A stretch of 64,000 nt of DNA from Candidatus Levyibacteriota bacterium (GCA_038205015.1 JBBRCK010000004.1:4620-68619), one strand, 5' to 3'; positions 21,795 to 32,995 are shown, counted from the first letter of the stretch. Notes: generated from the sequence alone by a model not told the origin. Program-made: numbers and translations.

Positions 21795-21816
21795 TTTAAT
21801 TTACCCTTAATTCCTC

Positions 21817-21971
21817 TTGCATTTGGCTTCAGTCTTATATATAATTACAAATAACAAAATGGTTAAGACGCAGGGGGTGATTTTAACTACATAGCAGAGC
21901 TTAAAACTACTTTTTCGTAAGTAAAGTGACTCTATGTGGTCACTTTTTTTTGTGTTAGAGCTAATAATAAT
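21817..21971 (+). promoter_or_regulatory. Promoter and structured leader of the rplC operon
   Basis: TTGCAT-N17-TATAAT; hairpin AAAGTGAC/GTCACTTT plus T run at 21923-21951. Confidence 0.6.
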
Positions 21972-22811
21972 ATGCAAGTTAATTCACTTATCGGTATAAA
22001 AGTTTATCAGAAGCAAGGCTTTTTGCAGGATGGAGAAAGGGTTCCGTTAACTGCAGTTAATGTTTTGGGAAACGTAATCACCCAAATTAAAAAAAATGAT
22101 AAAGAAGGTTATACTGCGCTTCAACTTGGAATTGGAACCAATAAGAAAGCAAAGAAACAATCAGTAAATCATGCGAAAAATGCGGGGCTTGAAAAGACAC
22201 CCCGCTTTTTAAAAGAAATAAGAATTGACGATATAGAAGGTGCAAATTTAGGTACAGAATTAAATCCTCAAGAGATTTTTACCCCAGGAGATATTATTGA
22301 TGTAACAGGAGTCTCAAAAGGTAAAGGATGGGCAGGAGGAGTAAAAAGATACGGATTTCACGGAGGACCAAAAACCCACGGACAATCAGACAGACACAGA
22401 GCTCCCGGTTCTATTGGACAAGGAACAACTCCAGGAAGAGTTTATAGAGGTAAAAAAATGGCGGGAAGAATGGGATCAGATACTGTAACGGTTAGAAACT
22501 TAGAAATAATTGAAGTTAATAGCGATGGAGTATTACTTATAAAAGGTTTGGTTCCTGGATCTTTAGAAGGATTGGTAATAGTTAAGAAAATGGGAACAAA
22601 TAAAAAATTTGTTCCTTTATATAAAGAAGTTGTTGAAGAAGTAAGCCAAGAAGCTCCGGCTGAGGAAGTTAAGGAAGATGTAGTGGAAGAAGCTAAGGAA
22701 GAATTAAAAACAGAAGCAGTTGTAGAAACCGTTCAAGAGGAAATAAAACCAGAAGTAAAAGCAGAAGAAGTTAAAGATGAAAAAGTGGAAAAGAAAGAAG
22801 GAGATAAATAA
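21972..22811 (+). CDS. rplC: 50S ribosomal protein L3 with acidic C-terminal tail
   Basis: SKGKGWAG, HRAPGSIG, GKKMAGRMG. Confidence 0.98.
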   Translation: MQVNSLIGIKVYQKQGFLQDGERVPLTAVNVLGNVITQIKKNDKEGYTALQLGIGTNKKAKKQSVNHAKNAGLEKTPRFLKEIRIDDIEGANLGTELNPQEIFTPGDIIDVTGVSKGKGWAGGVKRYGFHGGPKTHGQSDRHRAPGSIGQGTTPGRVYRGKKMAGRMGSDTVTVRNLEIIEVNSDGVLLIKGLVPGSLEGLVIVKKMGTNKKFVPLYKEVVEEVSQEAPAEEVKEDVVEEAKEELKTEAVVETVQEEIKPEVKAEEVKDEKVEKKEGDK

Positions 22812-22813
22812 AA

Positions 22814-23584
22814 ATGCCAGTATCTAAGACGGTCAAAGCCGCAGTAAAGCCAACAGTAAAAAAAGCAGTCAAGGTTGAAAAGCCTGTAAAAACAGTAGCA
22901 AAAAAGGTTGAATTGAAAGAATTGCCAAAAGAAACAGGCTTAAAGTTAAGCGTTTATAACTTATTGGGAAAATCAACTGAAACAATTACTCTCCCAAAAG
23001 AAATTTTTGGATTGGAAGTAAATAAAGATTTAATTTCTCAATACGCAAGAGTTTATTTGGCAAACCAAAGAAGGGGTACATTAAAAACTAAATCAAGAGG
23101 AGAAGTAAGTATTTCAACCCGAAAAATTTACAGACAAAAAGGAACAGGAAGAGCAAGGCATGGTGCCAAATCGGCTCCAATTTTTGTAGGTGGAGGAGTT
23201 GCCTTTGGTCCTAGGCCAAGAGATTTCTCTTTAAAACTTAATCAAAAACAGAAAAAAGCAGCTCTTTTCAGCGCACTTTCTTCAAAGTTAAGAGATGGAG
23301 AAATAAAATTAATTTCAGGACTTGAAAAAATTGAACCTAAAACCAGCAAAATGTCTGACGTTTTCAAAAACCTTTCGCTTTTAACTAAAAAAACAAAAGT
23401 TTTATTAGTTATTCCAAAATCCGGAAAAGATTTTGCAAACGTCACAAAAGCAGCCAGAAACATAAAAGGTATACAAATTACATCTTCAAATCTTTTGAAT
23501 ACTTATGAAGTTTTGGCAAGCAGAAACATTTTATTTATGAAAGATGCAATTGATGGATTAAAAGAACATTATTTTAAAAATTAA
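22814..23584 (+). CDS. rplD: 50S ribosomal protein L4 with Lys-rich N-terminal extension
   Basis: RQKGTGRARHG, GGGVAFGP. Confidence 0.98.
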   Translation: MPVSKTVKAAVKPTVKKAVKVEKPVKTVAKKVELKELPKETGLKLSVYNLLGKSTETITLPKEIFGLEVNKDLISQYARVYLANQRRGTLKTKSRGEVSISTRKIYRQKGTGRARHGAKSAPIFVGGGVAFGPRPRDFSLKLNQKQKKAALFSALSSKLRDGEIKLISGLEKIEPKTSKMSDVFKNLSLLTKKTKVLLVIPKSGKDFANVTKAARNIKGIQITSSNLLNTYEVLASRNILFMKDAIDGLKEHYFKN

Positions 23585-23585
23585 T

Positions 23586-23885
23586 ATGGATGCATTTAGA
23601 GTTATAATTTCACCATTAATATCGGAAAAATCAATGAACGAAGCTGCAAAAGGACGCTATAGCTTTAAGGTTGCAGTTGCTGCAAATAAAAAAGATATCA
23701 AAAAGGCAATCGAAGAAAAATTTAAAGTAAACGTAACTAAAGTAACAACTATGACCGTAAAAGGAAGATCGGCAAAAGCTGGAGTAAGAAGAATCGAAAC
23801 TTTAAAATCGCCTTTTAAAAAAGCGATTGCAACTTTAAAAGCCGGAGAGAAAATATCAATCTTTGATCAAGGAGCAGCTAAATAA
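23586..23885 (+). CDS. rplW: 50S ribosomal protein L23
   Basis: PLISEKS, KKAIATL; operon position. Confidence 0.97.
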   Translation: MDAFRVIISPLISEKSMNEAAKGRYSFKVAVAANKKDIKKAIEEKFKVNVTKVTTMTVKGRSAKAGVRRIETLKSPFKKAIATLKAGEKISIFDQGAAK

Positions 23886-23887
23886 CT

Positions 23888-24628
23888 ATGAATAAATTAA
23901 AGTATATAAAAAAGAAACATTCAGGAAGAGACGCTACGGGGCAAGTAAGTGTTAGACATCAGGGTGGTGCCCATAAGAGATATATAAGAGTAATTGATTT
24001 TAAAAGAGATAAAACCGGAATTGAAGGTAAGGTTATTGCTTTAGAATATGATCCTAATAGAACTTGTGACATTGCTTTGATACAATACGCAGACGGAGAT
24101 AAAAGATATATTTTGGCACCCGAAGGATTAAAGCTAAAGGATACTGTTATATCGGGAGAAAAAGTAGATATTAAGGTTGGAAATGCTTTGCCATTATCTT
24201 CTATGCCGGTTGGAACAGTGGTTCATAATGTAGAACTTATTCCAGGTCATGGTGGGCAGTTAGCAAGGGGTTCAGGAACAAGTGCAACTGTCGCAGCCAA
24301 AGAAGGAGATTTTGTTCATCTTCGACTTCCGTCAGGAGAGGTTAGAAAAATTTTTGCCAAAGGAATGGCAACAATTGGAAGTTTGGGAAATATTGATTGG
24401 AAAAATAAGTTTTTTGGGAAAGCCGGAGCAAAAAGACACATGGGAATAAGGCCAACAGTTAGAGGAGTTGCCCAAAATCCAAGAAGCCATCCTCATGGAG
24501 GAGGAGAAGGAAGATCAGGAATCGGAATGAGTACTCCTAAAACTTATGCGGGACGACCGGCGGTTGGAAAAACCAGAAGGCCAAAGAAGCATTCCAATAA
24601 ATATATTTTGCAAAGGAGAAAGAAATAA
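23888..24628 (+). CDS. rplB: 50S ribosomal protein L2 (N-terminally short)
   Basis: [14 protein letters not shown]. Confidence 0.98.
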   Translation: MNKLKYIKKKHSGRDATGQVSVRHQGGAHKRYIRVIDFKRDKTGIEGKVIALEYDPNRTCDIALIQYADGDKRYILAPEGLKLKDTVISGEKVDIKVGNALPLSSMPVGTVVHNVELIPGHGGQLARGSGTSATVAAKEGDFVHLRLPSGEVRKIFAKGMATIGSLGNIDWKNKFFGKAGAKRHMGIRPTVRGVAQNPRSHPHGGGEGRSGIGMSTPKTYAGRPAVGKTRRPKKHSNKYILQRRKK

Positions 24629-24629
24629 T

Positions 24630-24914
24630 ATGGGAAGAAGCACTAAAAAAGGTCCATACATCGATGACAGAGTTATGAAAAAAGTCATGGCTCAAAAAGC
24701 AACAGGCGATAAATCGCCAATTAAAACATGGTCAAGGCCATGTCAAATTCCGCCCGAGTTTGTCGGACACACTTTTGCGGTTCACAACGGAAAAAACTTT
24801 ATTAACGTATATGTTTTGGAAACTATGGTTGGACATCGTTTGGGAGAATTTTCACCAACCAGAACATTTAGAACTCACGGAAGAATAGTAGCGAGGGAAA
24901 TAAGTAAAACATAG
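24630..24914 (+). CDS. rpsS: 30S ribosomal protein S19
   Basis: [25 protein letters not shown]. Confidence 0.98.
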   Translation: MGRSTKKGPYIDDRVMKKVMAQKATGDKSPIKTWSRPCQIPPEFVGHTFAVHNGKNFINVYVLETMVGHRLGEFSPTRTFRTHGRIVAREISKT

Positions 24915-24915
24915 T

Positions 24916-25266
24916 ATGGAAGTTGTAGCTAAAACATCAGTTAGAGTGGCGCCAAGAAAAGTAAGACTGGTTGCAGATTTAATCAGAAAACTTTCTGTGG
25001 ATGAAGCATTAAGAACATTGTCTCTTCTTAAAAAAAGAGGAGCTGTTTCATTGGAAAAAACATTAAAAAGTGCAATTGCCAATGCAATTAAAAATAATAA
25101 TTTAAAACAAGAAGCATTAACAATAAAAACAATCGATGTTTTGGAAGCACCGGCATATAAAAGATTTCACCCATCAACCAGAGGAAGAGTACATCCATAT
25201 AAAAGAAAAGGAAGTCATATAAAAATAATTTTAGAAACAAAGGAGGAAAATGGGACAAAAAGTTAA
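24916..25266 (+). CDS. rplV: 50S ribosomal protein L22
   Basis: RVAPRKVRLVADLIR, SAIANA. Confidence 0.97.
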   Translation: MEVVAKTSVRVAPRKVRLVADLIRKLSVDEALRTLSLLKKRGAVSLEKTLKSAIANAIKNNNLKQEALTIKTIDVLEAPAYKRFHPSTRGRVHPYKRKGSHIKIILETKEENGTKS

Positions 25267-25897
25267 TCCAAAAGTCATAAGGTTGGGTCCATTGTTTAAC
25301 TGGTCCAGTCTTTGGTTTGACGATAAAAGATATAAAGAAACATTGTTAGAAGACTTTAAGATAAGGAAGGCATTAATGGAAAGGTTAAAAAATGCCGGAG
25401 TTTCTGAAATCGATATTGAAAGATCAATTAATAGTCTTAAAATTACAGCCCATGTTTCTAAACCGGGTATGGTAATCGGAAGAGGCGGAACGGGACTAGA
25501 TGAGCTTAAGGCATATTTACAGAAAGAATTTATAAAAAAAGCTCAAGGGAAGCAACAGTTTAAATTAGATATTAGAGTTGAGCCTATTAAAGATCCAAAT
25601 CTAGATGCTTACTTAGTTGCAAAAAATATTTCTGAGCAATTAATTAGAAGACTTCCGGCAAAAAGAATTATGACTGCAACTGTTGAAAGAGTTATGGGTT
25701 CAGGTGCTAAGGGCATAAGAATAGTTTTATCGGGAAGAATCGGGGGCGCAGAAATTGGAAGAAGAGAAAAAATGCAGGTAGGAACAGTTCCTCTTTCGAC
25801 AATTAGGGAAAATATTACTTATGCAAGTCATCCATCATTAACAAAAAAAGGATATATCGGAGTAAAGGTTTGGATAAACAAACCGGAGGAAAAATAA
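25250..25897 (+). CDS. rpsC: 30S ribosomal protein S3
   Basis: [24 protein letters not shown]. Confidence 0.98.
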   Translation: MGQKVNPKVIRLGPLFNWSSLWFDDKRYKETLLEDFKIRKALMERLKNAGVSEIDIERSINSLKITAHVSKPGMVIGRGGTGLDELKAYLQKEFIKKAQGKQQFKLDIRVEPIKDPNLDAYLVAKNISEQLIRRLPAKRIMTATVERVMGSGAKGIRIVLSGRIGGAEIGRREKMQVGTVPLSTIRENITYASHPSLTKKGYIGVKVWINKPEEK

Positions 25898-25898
25898 T

Positions 25899-26309
25899 AT
25901 GTTAGTACCAAAAAGACAAAAATTCAGAAAACAAATGAGGAGAAAAATGAAAGGAAACTCTTACAGAGGAACAGAAATTTCTTTTGGTGATTTTGGGCTG
26001 ATGTCTCAAGGTACAGCCTGGGTTACGTCAAGGCAAATAGAAGCAGCCAGAAGAGCAATTACTCATTATACCCAAAGAGGAGGAAGAGTTTGGATAAGAA
26101 TATTTCCGGATAAACCAATTACCAAAAAACCTGCAGAAACAAGAATGGGTTCGGGAAAAGGTGATGTTTATGAATTCGTCGCAAGAGTAAAACCGGGAAG
26201 AATTATGTTTGAAATGGGTGGAGTCACAAAAGAAGTTGCTTTTGCAGCCTTAAGACTTGCATCGCATAAATTAGGTGTAAAAACCAGCATGGTAGCAAAG
26301 GAAAATTAA
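25899..26309 (+). CDS. rplP: 50S ribosomal protein L16
   Basis: [22 protein letters not shown]. Confidence 0.98.
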   Translation: MLVPKRQKFRKQMRRKMKGNSYRGTEISFGDFGLMSQGTAWVTSRQIEAARRAITHYTQRGGRVWIRIFPDKPITKKPAETRMGSGKGDVYEFVARVKPGRIMFEMGGVTKEVAFAALRLASHKLGVKTSMVAKEN

Positions 26310-26310
26310 C

Positions 26311-26526
26311 ATGAAAACAAAAGATAGAAAAGAAATTTTTACAAAAACAGACAAGGAATTAATTAAAGCTTTAAAAGAAGCAAAAGACGCTTTGTTTAAT
26401 TTTAATTTGGACCATAAGCAAAATAAGCTTAAAAATACCAGACAAATTTTTTGGAAGCGAAAAGAAATAGCTTATCTTAAAACAGCATTAAGGCAAAAAG
26501 CCTTAGAGAAAGGAAGCAAAGAGTAA
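26311..26526 (+). CDS. rpmC: 50S ribosomal protein L29
   Basis: Size, operon position, RKEIAYLKT. Confidence 0.93.
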   Translation: MKTKDRKEIFTKTDKELIKALKEAKDALFNFNLDHKQNKLKNTRQIFWKRKEIAYLKTALRQKALEKGSKE

Positions 26527-26527
26527 T

Positions 26528-26761
26528 ATGAAAAAAACATTTGAAGGAAAAGTTGTCTCTTTAAAGATGAATAGAACAGCAGTTGTAGAAATAACCAGAA
26601 GAACTGCGCATCCTTTGTATAAAAAACTTATTAAAAGGTCGTCAAGAATTAAAGCAGATACAGCGGATTTAACTTTAACTTTAGGACAAAAAGTAAAGAT
26701 TACAGAAACAAAACCGATTTCAAAAGAAAAGTTTTTTATAGTAACGGAGGTAATTAAATAA
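26528..26761 (+). CDS. rpsQ: 30S ribosomal protein S17
   Basis: [21 protein letters not shown]. Confidence 0.97.
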   Translation: MKKTFEGKVVSLKMNRTAVVEITRRTAHPLYKKLIKRSSRIKADTADLTLTLGQKVKITETKPISKEKFFIVTEVIK

Positions 26762-26762
26762 T

Positions 26763-27137
26763 ATGATTCAACATCGAACTATGTTAAAATCTGCCGATAA
26801 TTCCGGCGCAAGAGTGTTACAAGTTATTCATGTTTTCGGAGGATCAAAAAGAAAATTTGGATATACAGGCGACGTTTTAAATTGTGTTGTAAAAGAAGCG
26901 ATTCCAACGGGAACAGTAAAAGAAAGCGAAATCGTAAAAGTTGTTTTGGTAAGAGCCAGAAAAGAACACAAAAGAGCAGACGGTTCTTATATAAGATTTT
27001 CTGAAAATGCAGGTGTAGTTATCGATAACGCAAAAGACAAAAATCCAATCGGAACAAGAATTTTTGGACCAATTGCAAGAGAAGTAAGAGATAGAGGTTT
27101 TGCAAAGATTGCCAGCATGGCGGTTGAGGTAGTTTAA
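26763..27137 (+). CDS. rplN: 50S ribosomal protein L14
   Basis: [17 protein letters not shown]. Confidence 0.98.
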   Translation: MIQHRTMLKSADNSGARVLQVIHVFGGSKRKFGYTGDVLNCVVKEAIPTGTVKESEIVKVVLVRARKEHKRADGSYIRFSENAGVVIDNAKDKNPIGTRIFGPIAREVRDRGFAKIASMAVEVV

Positions 27138-27138
27138 T

Positions 27139-27444
27139 ATGAAATTAAAAAAAGACGACAATATAAAAGTGGTAAGAGGAAAGGATAAAGGAAAAACCGG
27201 AAAAATCGAGAAAGTTTTTCCAAAATCAGGTAAAGTTTTGGTTGCCAATATTAATCTTTATAAAAGACATTTAAAGGCAAGATCCCAAAGCCAGCCTTCC
27301 GAAATTGTAACTTTAACTAAGCCTTTACCGGAAGAAAACGTAATTTTAATTTGTCCAAAATGTCATAAAGAAACAAGAGTTGGATATAAAATAGAAAAAG
27401 ATAAAAAATCAAGAATTTGTAAGAAATGTGAGTCACAAATTTAA
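27139..27444 (+). CDS. rplX: 50S ribosomal protein L24
   Basis: KOW motif GKDKGKTGKI. Confidence 0.97.
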   Translation: MKLKKDDNIKVVRGKDKGKTGKIEKVFPKSGKVLVANINLYKRHLKARSQSQPSEIVTLTKPLPEENVILICPKCHKETRVGYKIEKDKKSRICKKCESQI

Positions 27445-27445
27445 T

Positions 27446-27985
27446 ATGAATCCATTACACGAAAAATTTAAAAAAGAAATAGCTAAAAAATTACAAGAAG
27501 AATTAAAAATTAAAAATATTCATTCTGTTCCCATGCTTAAGAAGATTGTAGTAAATATGGGAGTTAGAGAGGTCTTGTCCGAAAAAAAGAATTTAGAAAA
27601 AGGTAAAGAGATAATGTCACAAATTACCGGACAAAAACCAAGAGTAATGAAATCTAAGAAATCAATCTCGTCATTTAAATTAAGAGAAGGAGATGAAATT
27701 GCACTGATTGTAACTTTAAGAGGAAAAAGGATGTATGATTTTTATCAAAAATTAGTTAGTATTGTTTTTCCAAGATTTAGAGATTTTCATGGAGTTAAGA
27801 AAGAAAGTTTTGATGGAAACGGTAACTATACTTTGGGATTTGCGGAAAGTGCTATTTTCCCTGAGATAGATCCAAGCAAAGTTGATAAAATACAAGGATT
27901 AGAAGTCTCGATAGTTACGACAGCAAAGGATAACGAGAAAGGTTATCAATTGTTAAAGGCACTAGGTATGCCTTTCAAAAAATAA
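27446..27985 (+). CDS. rplE: 50S ribosomal protein L5
   Basis: [24 protein letters not shown]. Confidence 0.98.
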   Translation: MNPLHEKFKKEIAKKLQEELKIKNIHSVPMLKKIVVNMGVREVLSEKKNLEKGKEIMSQITGQKPRVMKSKKSISSFKLREGDEIALIVTLRGKRMYDFYQKLVSIVFPRFRDFHGVKKESFDGNGNYTLGFAESAIFPEIDPSKVDKIQGLEVSIVTTAKDNEKGYQLLKALGMPFKK

Positions 27986-27986
27986 T

Positions 27987-28172
27987 ATGGCAAAAACATC
28001 AAGCGTAGTAAAATTTAACAAGAAACAAAAGTTTGCAGTAAGACAAGTAAACAGATGTAATATTTGCGGCAGGGCACGTGCTTACATGAGAAAATTCGGT
28101 CTTTGTAGAATATGTTTTAGAGAGTTAGCACAGAAAGGAGAATTACCGGGAGTTGTTAAGTCAACTTGGTAG
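27987..28172 (+). CDS. rpsN: 30S ribosomal protein S14, zinc-binding type
   Basis: [16 protein letters not shown]. Confidence 0.97.
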   Translation: MAKTSSVVKFNKKQKFAVRQVNRCNICGRARAYMRKFGLCRICFRELAQKGELPGVVKSTW

Positions 28173-28187
28173 TTTAATTAATTTAAT

Positions 28188-28580
28188 ATGAATCATTTAG
28201 TTTCGGATTTTTTAATAAGAATAAAAAATAGCGCTTTTTCCAAGAGAAAAGAAGTTCAACTTCCTTTTTCAAATATAAATAGAGAAATAGGAAAAGTTTT
28301 GGTTAAAGAAGGATTTTTAGAGAACATAAAAGAAACAGAAGAGGACGGAAAAAAACAACTCAAAGCAATTATCAGATACGAAAAAAGAATTCCGGTATTA
28401 ACAGATGTTTTAATAATGTCAAAACCATCTCTAAGAGTTTACTCAACTTTAAAAAAGATTCCGGAGCTTGAAAAACGAGGAAGAAGAAAAATAATTATTT
28501 CAACAAGTCAAGGAGTTATGACATCTGTTGATGCAAGACAGAAAGGATTGGGAGGAGAAGTTCTCTTCGCCATTTGGTAA
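28188..28580 (+). CDS. rpsH: 30S ribosomal protein S8
   Basis: SKPSLRVY, STSQGVM, GGEVL. Confidence 0.97.
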   Translation: MNHLVSDFLIRIKNSAFSKRKEVQLPFSNINREIGKVLVKEGFLENIKETEEDGKKQLKAIIRYEKRIPVLTDVLIMSKPSLRVYSTLKKIPELEKRGRRKIIISTSQGVMTSVDARQKGLGGEVLFAIW

Positions 28581-28587
28581 TAAATAT

Positions 28588-29151
28588 ATGTCAAAAATTG
28601 GTAAAAAACCTATTTTATTAAAAGAAAACATAACAGTTACAACTGAAGGTAATACAATGATGGTAACCGGTCCAAAAGGAAATCTTTCTTTTGCTATTCC
28701 AAGTGGAATAAAGGCAGAGGTAAAAGAGAATCAATTGATAGTTTCTCAATCTAAAGAAAATGATAGAGAAACAAGCGCATTGTTTGGATTAACAAGGGCG
28801 ATACTTGCTAATTTGGTTAAGGGTGTAACTGACGGGTTTGAAAAAAAATTGGAATTAACCGGAGTTGGATACAGGGCTCAAGGTTCGGGAAATACTTTAA
28901 CTTTATCGGTTGGATATTCGCACCCGGTTATTATTAAAGCAAATGAAGGAATTAATTTTACGGTTGAAGAAAATGTAATTACAGTTTCAGGAATCGATAA
29001 GGCAATTGTTGGAAACATTGCTGCAAAAGTAAGAAGTATCAGGCCGCCTGAGCCATATAAAGGAAAAGGAATAAAATATGTTGGAGAAAGAGTGAGAAGA
29101 AAAGCAGGAAAAGCGGCAAAAGCAGTAGGTGGAGCCGGAGGAGCAAAATAA
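28588..29151 (+). CDS. rplF: 50S ribosomal protein L6
   Basis: MSKIGKKPI, GVGYRA, PEPYKGKGI. Confidence 0.98.
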   Translation: MSKIGKKPILLKENITVTTEGNTMMVTGPKGNLSFAIPSGIKAEVKENQLIVSQSKENDRETSALFGLTRAILANLVKGVTDGFEKKLELTGVGYRAQGSGNTLTLSVGYSHPVIIKANEGINFTVEENVITVSGIDKAIVGNIAAKVRSIRPPEPYKGKGIKYVGERVRRKAGKAAKAVGGAGGAK

Positions 29152-29171
29152 TACCGAAAGGTACTTTACGT

Positions 29172-29519
29172 ATGAAAAACTTAGCTGGAAAAAATTTAAG
29201 AAAAATTAGGACAAGAGCAAAAACAAAAGGTACTGCAGAAAAGCCAAGGCTTTCTGTGTATAGGTCAAACAGATATATTTACGCACAAATCATAGATGAC
29301 AATAAAGGAAAAACAATTGTTGGAATTTCCGAAAAAGAACTTGTAATAAAAGAAAAAGTAAAAAAATCAGACAGGGCAAAAGAATTAGGATTACTTCTTG
29401 CAAAAAAAGCATCGGTGAAAAAAATTACAGCAGTTGTTTTTGACAGAGGTTCTTATAAATATCATGGAAGAGTAAAACAAGTTGCAGAAGGAGCTAGGGA
29501 AGGAGGGCTTAAATTTTAA
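29172..29519 (+). CDS. rplR: 50S ribosomal protein L18
   Basis: PRLSVYRSN, FDRGSYKYHGRV. Confidence 0.98.
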   Translation: MKNLAGKNLRKIRTRAKTKGTAEKPRLSVYRSNRYIYAQIIDDNKGKTIVGISEKELVIKEKVKKSDRAKELGLLLAKKASVKKITAVVFDRGSYKYHGRVKQVAEGAREGGLKF

Positions 29520-29520
29520 T

Positions 29521-30042
29521 ATGGATAATAATTTTAAACCAGGCGGAGGGTATAGAGAAAAAAGCCAGGATGGTTTTGAAGAGAAAATTGTACAAGTGTC
29601 AAGAGTTTCTAAAAAAACCAAAGGCGGAAATAAAATTGGATTTTCTGTTCTGATGGTAGTTGGGAATAAAGCAGGAAAAGTAGGAGTTGGTTTAGGAAAA
29701 GCAGGTGATGTTTCCTCAGCCATTAGAAAAGGCGTAGCACTTGCAAAAAAACATGCCATAGAAGTTCCGATTGTTAATGGAACCATTCCTTTTGAATTTT
29801 ATATTAAACTGGGGGCAGCAAAAGTTTTATTAAAACCGGCTCCTCTTGGAAGCGGAGTAATTGCCGGAGGGGCAGTAAGAAGTGTTGTGTCGCTAGCTGG
29901 AATTGAAAATATTTCTTCAAAAGTTTTAGGGTCAGATAATAAAGCAAGTAATGTTTACGCAACTATTGAGGCGTTACAAAGACTTTCAGTTAGATATAAA
30001 AGAGATAAAGAATTAAGAAAGGCAAAGCATGAATCTAAATAG
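29521..30042 (+). CDS. rpsE: 30S ribosomal protein S5
   Basis: RVSKKTKGG, GSGVIAGG. Confidence 0.98.
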   Translation: MDNNFKPGGGYREKSQDGFEEKIVQVSRVSKKTKGGNKIGFSVLMVVGNKAGKVGVGLGKAGDVSSAIRKGVALAKKHAIEVPIVNGTIPFEFYIKLGAAKVLLKPAPLGSGVIAGGAVRSVVSLAGIENISSKVLGSDNKASNVYATIEALQRLSVRYKRDKELRKAKHESK

Positions 30043-30469
30043 TCTCACAAAAATAAAAGGAAAACGAAAAAGAAGGCTCGGTCAAGGTCATGGCTCGGGT
30101 CGTGTAAAAACATCAGGACGCGGAACAAAGGGGCAAAATGCTAGAAGCTCAAGGCCTCTTTCCTTTGAAGGTGGAGCATTGCCTTTAATAAAAAGACTTC
30201 CGTTTATGAGGGGAAAGAATAAAAATAAGGTATTTAGGATTAAGAAGCTTGTTGTTAATATTAAATTCCTTGAATTATTAAAAGATGGATCAGTGGTTGA
30301 TTTAAAAACATTAATTGCCAATAAAATTGTTAATGAAAATGAGGCAAAAGAATATGGAGTTAAAATTTTAGGAGACGGAGATATTAAAAAAGCATTAACC
30401 ATAAAACTACCAATTTCTAAGAAAGCAGCAATAAAGATTGAAAAAGCCGGCGGAAAAGTAGAAAATTAA
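30029..30469 (+). CDS. rplO: 50S ribosomal protein L15
   Basis: SGRGTKGQ, FEGG, KIEKAGG. Confidence 0.97.
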   Translation: MNLNSLTKIKGKRKRRLGQGHGSGRVKTSGRGTKGQNARSSRPLSFEGGALPLIKRLPFMRGKNKNKVFRIKKLVVNIKFLELLKDGSVVDLKTLIANKIVNENEAKEYGVKILGDGDIKKALTIKLPISKKAAIKIEKAGGKVEN

Positions 30470-30473
30470 ATAA

Positions 30474-31763
30474 ATGGATAAAATTCTCGCAATTTTCAAA
30501 AACAGCATCAAATCACCGGATGTCAGAAAAAAAATTATTTTTACAGCTTCTATTTTTGTAGTTGCAAGAATTTTTGCACATATTCCCGTTCCCGGAATTA
30601 ACATAGCTCAATTGAATTCTTTATTTTCCAGTAATCAATTTTTAGCTCTTCTTGATGTTTTTTCAGGTGGAACTCTTGCGAATTTTTCCGTCATGGCTCT
30701 GGGTCTTAATCCATATATCAATGCCTCAATTATTTTGCAGCTTTTAACAATGGTTTTTCCTAAGCTTGAAGCATTGCAAAAAGAAGGCGAGTCTGGAAGA
30801 CAAAAGATAAATCAATATACAAGAATGCTTACGGTTCCATTGGCTCTTCTTCAAGCTGTTGGAATGTATGCGCTTTTAAAAAATCAAGGAATTATTGGTA
30901 ATTTAAATATTTTAAGCTTAATTTCCCTGATGATTACTATGACTGCCGGTACTATGCTTATGGTTTGGTTGGGTGAACTGATTACAGAAAAAGGCATCGG
31001 AAACGGAATCTCTCTATTAATTTTTGCAGGAATAGTTTCAAGACTGCCGGTTTTATTTACACAAACTGCCACGACAGTTAACAGTCAAAATTTCTTCAAC
31101 ATCATAATTTTTGCCGTAATGGGAATTTTGGTTATAGCATCAATTGTTATAATAAACGAGGCGACCAGACAAATTACTGTTTATTATGCAAAACAAGTTA
31201 GAGGAAACAAAATGTATGGTGGGCAATCCACGCATTTACCGCTTAGATTAAATCAGGCCGGAGTAATACCAATTATTTTTGCCGTTTCTTTGGTTTTATT
31301 GCCTTCCCTAATTGCAAATTATTTATCCGTTGCAAGTAATCCTATCCTTCATAACATCGGTACAACAATAACGTTATGGTTTAGCCCGGTAGGATTTTTC
31401 TATAATGCAGTATATTTTATTTTAGTAGTCGGATTTACATATTTTTATACTGCAGTTGTTTTTAATCCTAAGAAAATCTCAGAAGAAATACAAAAATATG
31501 GTGGCTTTATTCCAGGAATCAGGCCCGGAACGCCAACCGCAAATTATTTAAATTATATTTTGACCAGAATTACTTTAGCAGGCGCTGTGTTCTTAGGTCT
31601 AATTGCAATTTTTCCAACCTTGGGAAGATTTTTTACTAATATTCAAAACCTTGCTTTGGGGGGTACGGGAGTTTTAATCGTCGTTTCCGTAGTTTTGGAA
31701 ACGATTAAAGCAATTGAAGCGCAGCTTGTGATGAGAAATTATGAAGGATTTTCAAAGAAATGA
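30474..31763 (+). CDS. secY: Preprotein translocase SecY
   Basis: [24 protein letters not shown]. Confidence 0.99.
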   Translation: MDKILAIFKNSIKSPDVRKKIIFTASIFVVARIFAHIPVPGINIAQLNSLFSSNQFLALLDVFSGGTLANFSVMALGLNPYINASIILQLLTMVFPKLEALQKEGESGRQKINQYTRMLTVPLALLQAVGMYALLKNQGIIGNLNILSLISLMITMTAGTMLMVWLGELITEKGIGNGISLLIFAGIVSRLPVLFTQTATTVNSQNFFNIIIFAVMGILVIASIVIINEATRQITVYYAKQVRGNKMYGGQSTHLPLRLNQAGVIPIIFAVSLVLLPSLIANYLSVASNPILHNIGTTITLWFSPVGFFYNAVYFILVVGFTYFYTAVVFNPKKISEEIQKYGGFIPGIRPGTPTANYLNYILTRITLAGAVFLGLIAIFPTLGRFFTNIQNLALGGTGVLIVVSVVLETIKAIEAQLVMRNYEGFSKK

Positions 31764-32293
31764 AAATAATATTAATTGGAATACAGGGTGCAGGAAAATC
31801 GACTCAAGGAAACCTTCTTTCTAAAAACTTAAACATTCCATATCTTTCAGCAGGACATATTTTCCGCGAACTCTCCAAAGAAAAAAGCCAAGTTGGAAGA
31901 TATATCAAGGAAACTATTAACGCCGGATTTTTGGTTCCGGATCACAAGACTTTAGAAATAGTAGTTGGATATCTCGAAAAGCCGGAGTATGCCAATGGCT
32001 ATATTCTCGATGGGTTTCCAAGAACAACAAAGCAAGCAGAAGAATTTAAAGAAGAAATAGATAAAGCAATTTATCTTTTAGTGTCAGATAAGGAGGCTCT
32101 ATGGAGAATTTCGGGAAGAGAAGATGAGAGAGATGATGAAACATTAAAAGCTATTAGGAGAAGAATTGAAATCTTTCATGAGCACACAAAGCCGGTTTTA
32201 GAATATTATAGAAAAAAAGGTGTACTTTTAGAAATTAACGGTGAGCAGTCAATAGAAGATATTCAAAAAGAAATTTTAAAAAAACTTAAATAG
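31760..32293 (+). CDS. adk: Adenylate kinase (short LID)
   Basis: [17 protein letters not shown]; position after secY. Confidence 0.9.
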   Translation: MKIILIGIQGAGKSTQGNLLSKNLNIPYLSAGHIFRELSKEKSQVGRYIKETINAGFLVPDHKTLEIVVGYLEKPEYANGYILDGFPRTTKQAEEFKEEIDKAIYLLVSDKEALWRISGREDERDDETLKAIRRRIEIFHEHTKPVLEYYRKKGVLLEINGEQSIEDIQKEILKKLK

Positions 32294-32311
32294 GACTTCC
32301 CCGAAGTTTTT

Positions 32312-32995
32312 ATGAATAATATTAAGGGTTTTGCAATTGCAATTGATGGTCCTGCTGCTGCCGGGAAGGGCACGATAGCACCAGAATTAGCAAAAAAATT
32401 AAATGGTTTTTATCTTTATACTGGCGCAATGTACCGGTGCGTTGCTCTTTTTTGCTTAAAAAAGGGAATAGATTTAAATAACGAGGGCTCAGTTGAATCG
32501 GTTATCTCAAAAATTAACATTGATTTTAAAGGCACAAAGATATTTTTAAATAACCAAGATGTCACAAAAGATATCACCAGTGAGGAAGTAAGTATGGGGT
32601 CATCTAAAGTGGCCCTGTATAAAAAGGTTAGAGAAAAATTGGTTTTACTTCAAAGAGGAATTGTAGAAAAAGCCTTATCTAAAGGAATAAATGTGGTTGC
32701 GGAAGGAAGAGATACAGCTACTAAAGTTTTACCAAAAGCTGATCTTAAAATATTTCTGATAGCGGATGCAAAAATTAGGGCGCAAAGAAGATTTGCTCAA
32801 ATTATGAAAAGAGGCATAAAAACAGATTTGGAAAAAGTTTTAAAAGACATTATTAAAAGAGATAGCCAAGATAGCAAAAGAAAAATAGATCCACTGGTTG
32901 AAAACCCTGAAAATTATGGCTATCTTATTTTAAATAATTCAAACCTTACGGAAGAGGAAACAATTAACGCAATTATTGAAAAAATTAAAAAATGA
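32312..32995 (+). CDS. cmk: Cytidylate kinase
   Basis: IAIDGPAAAGKGT, TGAMYR, EGRD. Confidence 0.93.
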   Translation: MNNIKGFAIAIDGPAAAGKGTIAPELAKKLNGFYLYTGAMYRCVALFCLKKGIDLNNEGSVESVISKINIDFKGTKIFLNNQDVTKDITSEEVSMGSSKVALYKKVREKLVLLQRGIVEKALSKGINVVAEGRDTATKVLPKADLKIFLIADAKIRAQRRFAQIMKRGIKTDLEKVLKDIIKRDSQDSKRKIDPLVENPENYGYLILNNSNLTEEETINAIIEKIKK

